From assembly GCA_044892525.1 (NCBI GenBank), contig CM097886.1, positions 24,862,001 through 24,926,000 of the forward strand: DNA of 64,000 nucleotides, read 5' to 3'. The notes beneath the pieces are model-generated. The model was not told where the DNA came from. It ran no database searches and saw only the letters and a program-made list of their open reading frames with translations. Below, piece after piece: positions 15,401-27,400 of this stretch. A program made the translations under genes and the position numbers. The DNA is from Schmidtea polychroa (lineage: Eukaryota). Positions within the stretch are counted from its first letter, which is position 1. Each line of letters starts with the position of its first letter.

Positions 15401-18400
15401 TATATTATAAAAATTAAAATAATTGAAAATATTTGATCAATGGTGAAGATTTAAAGTTTTACTAATATTTTATGTTAAATCTTTATGATACTGCCAACTC
15501 TGATACAAGAATAGTATTAGAATCAATAACACAAATACAAGAATATTATTAGAATCAATAACACAAATACAATAATAATATTTGAATCAATAACACTGAT
15601 ACAATAATAATATTTGAATCAATAACACCGATACATTAATAATAATAATAATCACATAGCATAATTTGTGTTGTCTGTCTGTGGATATTAAAAAAATTAA
15701 ATTGATAAATAATCTTTTATACTGCTCTATAAAAATATTTTAGTTAAAGACACATGTCAAGGGCAATTACTTAATAACTCGTAAACATTTACTAAACATA
15801 TTGTCATTAAAGAGGTTTTCATTAATTAAGGTTTTTTATGATTATATGTTTGAATATAATTAAATATAAATTTTCAACTGGGATTTTAATATATCGAAAC
15901 TAAAGAATTGCTCTTTCATTTTTGACGGATAACAGCTTGTAATAATAATACGATCAAGTATTTAAAATTCACCAAGTTTTTTATTTATAGATTGTTTATT
16001 AATTTGGCGAATTATATAAATATAATATTAGTAGTTATATAATTTTATTGTTGGAAATGAATTGTATATAAATAGCGTTGAAACTATTATAAACGTAACA
16101 GAGTGAGAGTATGTTTGCAAAAAATAAAGGAATGTTTTAACCAAAAACTGATTGATTCAAAACCATTTAAAGTTCAAATAATTACATAATTCACGTAACT
16201 CAATTGTTCTGAATCAATTGTGAATCAAAAGTGAATTGTGCATTCATTGAATTTGAAGTTCCGAATTTATACATTAGATATTTCGTGAATATGTCCCTTT
16301 TCACAGATTCTTCTTAGAAACAAAATTTCGTCTAAGATTAATGATTTTTCAGTCCAACCGATTGCCGTAATATTTCTACATCTTCAACATCTTGGTTTAC
16401 GATATTGAGGTTTCCTGCATTCGTATTAATTATATCCTCGTCGATTATTATGACATTAGAACTGCCCATTTCATAATATCCAGATCAGGCATTGTAGTTG
16501 GTCGTGGTCTTTTTTGATATCTTGAAAAGCTTTTGGTTTCCTAATGCAACAAGTTTGGATATCGGTTTTCAACGGAAATCCACTTTGACTTATTTAGAAT
16601 AAAACGAAGTCTCTTAAAATTGTTTTTTTATTGAATTTACTTTTTTGAATGCATAAAATTTTCTGGGAACCTATCAAAAGATTTTTAGAATTCTTGGTTT
16701 AAGGAATCAAAAAGTATTTTGAAAAATTGATTAAAGACAGAAAAATTTTTTCGGTAACTAATTATATCATATTTTGACATATATATTTAAAATTCAAAAA
16801 ATTCTGAAAATTCTAGAAAAAAATTGAAAAATTATCGATATTTTGATTCATTGCTTTTTCGATTAAAATACCTTTTAAAATACCTTTACTTTTTAAAATA
16901 TTTATTGAAAAAAAGCATAACTATTAAATAATTCCGAGGTACCGGATTATTAATGTGATAATGTAACTGATGAATGAATTTATTTCATTTGATTTTGAAT
17001 AAGTTGTCATCTCTAATTCTATCGCTTATTTTTTATTAACTTTTATCTGTAGTTCCAGTTTAAATATGTAGATTCTTTATATAGAACCTTTTGATGTTAA
17101 CAGAAAACTACACAATTTTTTTTGTGCGTTATAAATCTTCAACACCGGTCTTAACCATATTCGAATGTTTTTATCTTAGCAGTCTTTAATTACTTGGAAC
17201 TCCATTTGTGTAGCCCTTGCGAACTGAGAAATAAATCAAGTTGGATCCATATCAAAATAGACATTTCTTCAATTCTAGACATTAAGTGATCCAAAGCGAT
17301 TCATTGCATGCGATAAAAATTTCCTCGTATACCAGAAGAGATTCGTATTTTTTATTTCTTGCTTGATTATGACTAACGAATATATGCCCACATAAAACAA
17401 TTTGAAGGTATTCCAATAATTCATTTCTATCATATAGACCAGGGGTGGGCAGGCATGAGGTCCTCGAGAGCCAAATACAGGTTTCCCTTATATTACAAAG
17501 AGCCACAACATATTGTCATATTCAATATTTACTATAAAATGAGATCTCAATGGGAGCCACACAACTCATCAAAGAGTCACACTTGCCCACTCCTGATATA
17601 GACACAGAAACAAATTCTAAAAACAAAGAATTATAATAAATTTTCAATTTTATTCATTGAAATACATAATAAATTATAATCAATATAAAGCATGTCTCAA
17701 AGACTGTAAACTTTTAATGATATCTTCCTGAATTGTGACTTGTTTGGAATCTTTATATTTTCTGCAATCGTTTTTCAAATTGGACATTTTAATGGATATG
17801 TCAAATTTGATGTTTGCGGAAAATATAGACAAATTGTTACTCTCGTAATTTTCAATATTATACTGCATGGCAAGACTGACATTTTTTGTAATTTTTAGCA
17901 TTCGTATATCCATATCTTTTAGCACGTTAGGATTTTGTTGAAAATTATCTTGGTTGAAGATTTGGTTTGAATAAACTATGGCTAACGCTTCGTCGCAATC
18001 AAATTGATAAAAATATAATTCCAAACAAATCAGTTTCCGTTCGATTGATAAACATTCCGGTTGTGGGGAATTTTTGAAAATTTTTTTAGTGGAAATAATA
18101 ATTTTCTTGAGTTCATGAAATATAAATTTCAAATTTTTTTTCAAATTCCCCGAATTAACAATTTCTTCAGCCCTGTTCAATAAGTTTTCTTTCTGGCATT
18201 CGATTTCAGCATTTCCACTCGGTATGGTTGATAAGCATGAATTGATTCGATCGTATTTCGTTGAAAGATTCGGGAATAAATTATCCATGTGTTTCGCTAG
18301 TAGATTTTTTATAAAAACTAAATTCTCCTCTAACAACATTCTCATTAATTTAACGTGATTGTCGTATTTCTGGTTATACCTTTCTAGTTGTTGAGACAAT

Positions 18401-21400
18401 TTATACAAATATATTATCGTCTGTTCTTGGTTAATAACTTCTTTTCGTTGACAATTGATGCATTCCACCATCAAATCCAGAATCCTTTTCCAGGCATTAA
18501 TGAAGAAATCTGTCCTGACAAATTGATGAAATCTATAGAAACCTATAAAAAGATTTTTCATTTTCACGAGAGTGCTTTCCATGAATATCGTTATGTTTTT
18601 AGAAAAATTGGAATTTAAAGATGTAAATAGTTCTGAAAAAGTATTTAATAATTCGATATCATTCTTTGAATTTTCTAATATCTTTGCAATTATTTCATTA
18701 AATACTAAATCTGGTGTTTCTGTGGTTAGAGATTGAGAATGTTTAATTAGATTTCCCGATACATAAACTACTGGTTTAGGTGTCATTAGGTGGAGAATTT
18801 TTATTGAATCATCGAAAATAGAATTAAAATTATCATCTATATCTTGATTTTTTTCCATATTTGATAAAATAGTAAAATCTTTGATATCTATGAGAGTTTC
18901 TCCTGTTTCTTTTTTAAATGACAGAGACTTAACTGGGAGTATATCGAATGGACAGGTTTGTTTAATAATCATCCATTTCTTAGCACAATTTCGACATATC
19001 AAGTGTCTACAATTCCTAAATTCAATACTCGTGGCATCGGTCAACTGTGAATAACAAACAAGGCATTCCTCAATGTCGTCCATTGAATTAAAAAAATTTA
19101 TTTCAACGAATATTAAAATAAATTATCATGATATTTAAAATAATTTTTAAAAATTTTACAAATAAATCTATATATTTCATTAAATAATGTAACTGAAGTC
19201 GTAATTGGTTTTTAAACATTGATTTTTAAAAAGAATTTCTTATTTTGAAAATAATTTAAATATTAAAACCAATGACACATTTTTTTCAAATGTAAATCTA
19301 TATTTCAGTTACTCCAATAAGAAAAAGGTAAATATATCTAAAATTAAAAATCACCATAAATAGGAAAAGTAAACTTGAATTTTTGAAGGAATTCATGGAA
19401 GTTTCAATTATCACAAAATTTTTGAACTTTATGCAATTATATAAACCAATTAACTTATTTTGCTTTCTTATTGAATTATATTATTAATATAATTTATAAG
19501 AGTTCATTCTAGAAAATAAAATTAACGAAGAGCAAAATACTCTATCGCCCAATAATAATGAAGCCGAACCCAATCCGCCAGTTCCAATTTTAGCCGTTTC
19601 TCCTAATGAATCAGAGAAAACCATAAATAAGTAAGTAATATTTTGACTATATAATCAACGAAAGTTCATAATTACGGTTGTTGATATGTTGTTAGCAATT
19701 TAAATACCAAAATAACTATCCCATAGATATGTTGGAAGGGTAACAAATTAGCTATTTGTCCATTCAAATTTAATTTATTATTTGACCTATGTATTGAATT
19801 AACCCTTTGACCGTGGTAAAAGTATAAACTATTTTGTTGTTACATTGTGTGTAATTATGGTTACGCAATAATTAATTGAGGTGGAAAATTTTAATCAATA
19901 ATATATTATCTAAAAATCAACCAAAGGGTGTCATGGTGTCATAAATTTGGGAAATCATATTTTCAAACGGGCTTAGTTATTTAGGATATTTAGTCAATAT
20001 TCATGTTAATTAATTCAACGTTAAATGCACATTTAAATTAAAGTTTGGAAAAATTTAAAGAATTGTAAAATGATACCATTTTCAAGTATATTTCAACTGC
20101 TTGGCTCTAAACAACTTCAATAAAAATGGATTATAATAAAAAAGTTTATTGGTAATTACATAATTATATGTGCGGAATCCAATAAAATTATTATCAATAA
20201 TAAAATTAAATAAACATAAAATACACGTGGACAATGTGCCTTGTATGCTGATTTTGAGGTTAAATAACTTTATAATCAAAACTTCGCGAGTAATATAGCT
20301 TTTGAAACCCTTATTATGCTCAATTATATTAGTATTTCTCCATACAAACGGACATGCTCTATAAACCGTTTACAGAGATAACGATAATTTTCCAATTTCA
20401 TACAGTTGTTGCAAAAAATCAGATAATTAATAAATATATTTGTTGACTAGATATAGAAATTACTAACAATTTACATCGTTTTTAAAGGCTAAGGCATTTA
20501 AAAAAATATTGTTCCAACCAGTGTATGCAATACCGCTTCTACAATAGTTTTTTGGTAGGGCATAGTCGACTTTTTCTGCCGGATTTTTACCAAACCGATT
20601 AATTGAAAAAGAACGTGTTTTGAACAATTCAAATGAAACCATAAAAATATCTGTAAAAAAGTAAAAGTATGACAATTTTCGTTTTTCATTGCTACAATCT
20701 CGTTATCTCCATTTCTCGCGAGACGATGAATATTAATACACGGATGTATTAAGTCGCTAGATCTATGAATCTACAACTGCTATTTACTACACGGATAGAT
20801 CTGAGGATATGTAATTTTAGTTAAACATTTTTAACAAAAAAAACTGGTTGCTTCTTCTTGGTTTTCTTGTCAATTTGATTTGGTCATCATTCTAGCTTCT
20901 AGGCTTCTATCTAGTGACCTTTAAACAAAGAAAACATCTACAATTAATATTAAAAAATACAAATTTATGTGACTATGTTTAACTGGATCTATCCGAAATC
21001 TCCAATTTCCCCCCATGTTTTAGTCAAAGTTCAAAAATACGAAATTACCGAGGTACTAGTTGAAAATATTTGGATAATAAATATGGTTAAAATAATCTTA
21101 TAAGTCTGTGGATTTAAAATACTTAATTTTGTAAGCTCAAACAATTTACAACATGATAGTATTCCTTGTATATTTTCTCTTTTGCTTTCTACGGATTAAT
21201 TGTATCAAATATGGTTACGTAGCTACAGATATTTTTAATGGCACATGGACTTAATGGACACCTTGTAACTAAGTAACAAAAAATTTGCTCTTTGATTATC
21301 ATAGAATCTTTAGTATACAGTTTGGATCTAATCAAATGTCAAAGAAAAGTACTTTGAATACCCCAATTTTAAAAATTGCTTCTTCTGCGAGATCATTGAA

Positions 21401-24400
21401 TCCTAACAAAAAAATTAGTGATTCAATTATTTTATAAAAATAATGCAAAATTTCCTAAAAATGGAAACATGCTTTACTGCGATTATCAAAGTGATTGTAA
21501 TTTTATATTCTAATATATATTACAAACGAATGCTTTCATATGGAGGCTCACTCTTACTCTCACCTGTTGAGATATTATGAAATTAAATATTTAATAAACT
21601 GTATGAAATTGCCTTGAACATGAATTTGCACGCGTGTCCTCAAATGAGGATAAAATCAGTTGGTTAATTAATTAATTATGGACAGATTATATTTCAAGCA
21701 CCGTTAAATATTGTCTAATTGTGTGTATAAAGCATTATAATTATGAAGCATAGATTAGTTTGTATCATTATATAGACGTCGTTGTTGATTCACTTGTTGA
21801 CTTACATGTTTTGCATGCACTTTTGAATGAAATAGTTGCAATGGCACTTCGATTCTCAATCAATCCGATTTTTGATTTCGGTGCAGCTAATCCTGGGTTG
21901 TCGATTTTGTGAGATGTTTCCCCATGTTTTATATAGTGATTTATTATTATTCTGTCAATATCGGCAAAATTTATTAAGATTTATTTTTCTTTTGCTAGAC
22001 TATCATTGGTTAATTATTAAAATTTATGTGAAACAATTTTTGCGAATATTGATTTAAAATATGAATGGGTCTTCTTATTTCATATTAATTGTATTGCCAT
22101 ATTAAGCCGATTTCACTGTATTTAAGATGATGCCGCTACATAGGTTGATTTTAATCGTTGATTGACCGCCGTAATCTATTTGTCATATATCTTTTCTTGC
22201 ATAGGTGTACGGTAAAAAAGTATTTTTCGATATTGTAATACAAAAACTAATTTCTCTTGCACTTTTTTGTTTATAAAACAAATTCAGTTTTTGCGAAAAC
22301 ATTTTGACATAATTTGACTAAACGCAAACCACAAAATTGCGATTTAAATTAAATTTTTCGACTTGAAACTTTCGTTTTTCAAGGGCTACATTGGAAATAT
22401 TATGCAATTCGTTCAAATCCTGTTATAAAACTGATTTAATAATAAAATTCCCATATTATACAATTTGATTCATTATTTTTAAAATTTTTGAATAATTTTT
22501 ATTTAATAAACTATTTATTCATATTGTATTTTTTATTAACTAAATCTTTCGGCTTTTTCAGAATACATGCTGAAATCGATATTTTTAGTGTTTTTTGTAG
22601 CTTTTCTCGGAGAATTTTTCTATAGAATGCAATACTATTTAATAGAATTTTCCCGTAGTATCAGCCTCTCAACATTTGCATAGATGCTTTAAAATCCGAC
22701 AATGCTTGAACAATAAACCGAATGTATTTTTCAAAATCCTCTTTAACTGTCAACAGAATTTGGTTATATTACGCCAGAATTTGCTTCAGCGCCTTGATTA
22801 CACAGAAATAATAACTCTTCCTGACAACATTTCAGTAACGTAAAAGGGTAGTTCGATTATTAAATGGCATTCTTTTTACAATATAATGCAACATTAAAAT
22901 TTGTTCCCTAAATTAACCCCTGTCTTTAACATAAGTAGAAGATTTTTTTATGGAAAAATATATGAAATTTCTAGATCCACGTGCGCCGCTTCTCCGTGTG
23001 TAGTTTTATGTTGTAGAGATCATATAGTTTATTAACCCTTTCAATCCTTTAGTGACACATAGGCTCACATAATTTCTAAAATATACTTAAAATGTATTAA
23101 ATACTTACAAATGTATTGGTATCTGGGACTTCAGTGCTGCAAGATCATAGGTCCGTAGATAAGTCTATTTCTTCTTTATTTTTTCGTCATACTCAGTGAC
23201 TATAAATCTTATGTAAATAAAATTTTCATGAATTCAAAAAAAACCGTATTGAAAGGATTTAATTTGGCCTCAAGGGTTTATCGTCACATTTCCCGGAATT
23301 CAATGAATTTATGATGCGGGGCTTTACTTGAATGGAGGAGTATTGACTTAATGGAATCCAATGTTCAGTTTGATCTTCAACTCATAAAATCAAAAGCATT
23401 TACATTTTTGAAATTGACTTATTTGGTTATGATACGACTAGCCATTGTTGCTGTTTTCACTTTTTATCCTTATTTAGTACAAACTTGCTAATTATGTGAT
23501 GTAGAGTTGTTAATCCCCCATTTCGGCTTTAGTCGTGTCTTAATAATGCTCAATCATTTTTGATTCAATGATTAAGATATGTGATTTTTTCTTTGAGAAT
23601 AATAGAAAAAGGCCGTAAAGTTGATTAAATGTTCTTAAAACAACTTGATTCGATATTTTTGATTATTGGTTTTCATCAAAAGGGCAATTATATAGCTTAT
23701 ACTTGTGCTTGTTTATAACTGATTATAACTTGTTTAAAATATAATAATAACTTGTTCGGATATGTGACTTCCATGTCTTATTGCTATTATAAATTTCAAA
23801 ACCAATCGTCATCAGCGTTTTTATATCATTTACGAATTCAATCTACTATAAGCAGACTGTTTTGTACGCTGCCTGATACACATTTACACTTATTAATGGC
23901 ATACAATCAAATGAGTGAAATTATTACATTTGGATCTTTTCGAATCCATTAAAAATGCAAAAAAATTACACATAAATTAAGTCATTTGCACGTTGAACTT
24001 ATATAAAACCACAAAAATGTCACCTGAATGTGACATACAAAGATCCTGGTTAAAGCAGATTAAATTTGGTAATGGTGTGGCACTACATTTTTACGGGTCA
24101 CCTCATAAAATCGACTTCTAGTACATCGATTTTTAAAACATCGAGTGTGAAAAGATCTACTTTTAGCCTTAAAACATCTATTGTCGAAAACATCTACTGT
24201 CAAAAACATCAACTGTCAATAACATCTAGTAATAAAAGGCAAGAACATCAATCGCCTAAAACATCGAGTTTAAAAATTAATTAAATGCTCTCATCATTTT
24301 TTTTAATTTTAATAGTTTTTTTAAATTTTTTTGAAACCATCTCTTTTTGTTATATTTTCATCAATTTAATTAATTCAACAAATTTTAATATCAGGGGAAA

Positions 24401-27400
24401 GTTTAATTAACCTCAACATTTAATTTGTAGAACTTCGAAGCAATAATTTTTTTTTAATATCTGGTTTTCTATTTATTAACTTGCATGCAATATCTTGCAA
24501 AAACTACATTTTTTTGGCTAATAGTTACATGCCTAATTTAGATAATTAAAACAGACACAAATTGATAAAAATTTTCTTCATATTTAATTTAATTTTAATT
24601 TGTAGATGTTTTAAAACTCGATGTTTTAGAAGTTTTAAAAGTAGATTTTATTGACAATCGATGTATTTGTTGTTGATGTTTTGGACTCGATGTTTTCGCC
24701 AATAAATGAATTAAAAGTTGATTATTTTGTTGTTGATTATCTAGAAGTCGATGTTTTGGGGGCGCGCCACATTTTTACGCAATACTATGAAATAATAAAA
24801 TCGTGTTTTTAATTTTTTTAAAATTTCAGCAGAATCGAATTTAAAACCAGTACACCAATTTCATATCTTAAAAGAAAACTACCGAGTCCAGAAATATTGG
24901 AGGAAAATGAAAATCCAAAGAAGATAATGAAGACTAATTTCACTGAAAAAATAGATTCAGGTCCAAAATCCCCGGGAACCTTATTTGAAAAATTGTACAA
25001 AGATATTCCAGAAAGACCAATATCAATGTTTAATCAAAATAACCGCCATTCTAATAAATTAACTGCAGTTGTTAGACCGGAACAAAGAAAGATTTTGGTC
25101 CATTATCTTGATGACTTAATTGTTTTTGAAAGTGATGAACCATTTCCAGTAAGTTTTCAGTAAAATTGATTTTTTGTTTTATGCTTTTTAATCGAGATAG
25201 AAATTTTATTATTTGGAAGTGAAAAATCGAGGTAAAATTTAGAATTTAATCCAGAAAACGCTGCTGAATTTAATTTTTCAACTCTGAGTTATCGAGAATA
25301 TAGAGAGATAAAAATAGTAAAAACTAAATATAAAATCTGAAAACAACAGGCATAAACTCAATATTCGTAAACCCCTGATTGTGCTTACTAATATATTAAT
25401 CCTCCAGTCGACAGAGTTCAAAAGCTTGATTACATAGATGGTATGTAGTCACTCAAATTTATGTGATATTGCAAGTTTAAAAAGGATAATTAATAAATTT
25501 ATTTCAAATGATGAATTATTTATTAACAGTTTTTGCAGCCTTCATATAAAACTTTTTTGCTACATTAATTTGATAAAATAGCCCAAAATTATTTTTGAAT
25601 GTGAGAGCATTTTATTTCATAACTTATTTAGGGGTTGGTGTTAAACCTTTGGGGATCAAAACCATATCCAAACAATATATATTCAGTTTAATAGCAAATA
25701 ATAGAAGTTTATGTGGTTAAATCTCCAAACAAAATTGTAATACAATAATAATATTAATATGCAAAAAACGTACGTTGGTTTATCATCAATCAATAACATT
25801 ATTGTTTTATCGATCTATATATTATTGCAATTATAATATAAAAATTGAAGAAATCATGTCATCAATCCAAATACATATAATTCTCCATAGATTTGTATGT
25901 TCAAAAAGAATATGTAGTTTAATTCATATTTATTTTAATTCAATAACTCTTTAATTACAATATTTTTGGTATTATTATATAGTACAATAATAATATTAAT
26001 ACAATAATAATATTAATACAATAATAATATTAACAGTTAAAAAATAATTAATGTACAAATTATACATCATTCGATATAGGAAAGTCGATTTTCAGATAGC
26101 ATTAAAATAAAAATTTGGCATTTGAATTGGCATTTGGTGATTTGAATTAAGTGTTATTCCATAATCACTCATTCACATGCAGTGATAGAGAGAGAATTAT
26201 GTATTTATATAGGCAAATAAGTTTACTCCCGTGAATATTGACGGATTGTAACAGGTTGACATAAAACTTTACGTAAACCAATCAACCATGAATCCTTTAT
26301 TAAAATCTGCAAGTACGTCCATATAAAATGATGTTGGTACAGGAACTCAGTGAAAGAAACTATGAAAATGACAAAATATTGTAAAATACGTTCTCCGTAC
26401 TGCTGTCGTGATATTCAGTGATGAGGCCCATTTTCATTTATGTGAAAGTGTAAATAAGTAAGATTTCCGCTATTTATCTCAAAAAAAATCCTCATGAGTT
26501 ACATAAGTTATACTTTTTTTATTATTCAAACAACATAAAATAAAATGGCATATGTACAGTTGATAAATATTTATTTATTTTAATTTGGTTAAATTTCAAA
26601 TATATCAGTTCTTTTTACCCGTCCTGTTATATAATTATTAGGTTGTCCCATAAGTCTTTTTTGCAAATGCGCACAAAGAAATTTTCATGCACGGAGCTGT
26701 ATGAACCTGTGATGTTCTAAGTTCAATGTTATTATCATTGCATTCAGTCAGCCTTTAGCTATCAAATAGTGTAAATCAAATAAATAATAGTAAAGCCCTT
26801 TTTTATTATTGAACGATGGAAAATCAAAGAAAACATTTAGGACATGTGATGCTGCATTGTTTTAAAAAGGTTTTAGTGCTAGTGATACAGTAAATGAGAT
26901 TTTGATGGTTTATGGGAATGACGTTACAAGTGTTCAAACAGTTCGCAGTTGGTTTAGGAGGTTCAAAGCCGGTAATTTTAATGTGGAGGACGAAGAACGT
27001 TAGACAATCTAAAGGATGCAATTGCCAGAAAACGGCCAGAATTAGCGAACAGACGAGGCGTTGTTTTTCTTCACGATAACGCCAGGCCTCATGTTTCTTT
27101 ACTTGTCAGAAATAAATTATTATCATTTGACTGGGATGTTTTACCTCATCCTCCATACTCTCCGGTTATTGCTCCTTCAGATTATTATTTGTTTATTTCA
27201 TTGAAAAATTCTTTACGTGGTAAAAATTTTAATTCAAAAAATGATATAAAAATGTACCTTGATCAATATTTTGCCGACAAACCTGGGAAATTTGGGGAAG
27301 AAGGCATTATAAGGCTTCCGGAGATATGGAGAAAGGTAATAGAACAGAATAGATCATATATTATTCAATAAATTTTTATGAAATACAAATTATTGTTTAT

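Noticed and set aside
16960-17010. Hammerhead ribozyme core (CTGATGA plus hairpin)
   Set aside because: The required GAAA and stems I/III are absent.
25201-25440. Extra ph micro-exons (25201-25231, 25408-25440)
   Set aside because: Plausible splice sites exist, but the model closes in phase without them and they carry no recognisable motif; RNA data are needed.
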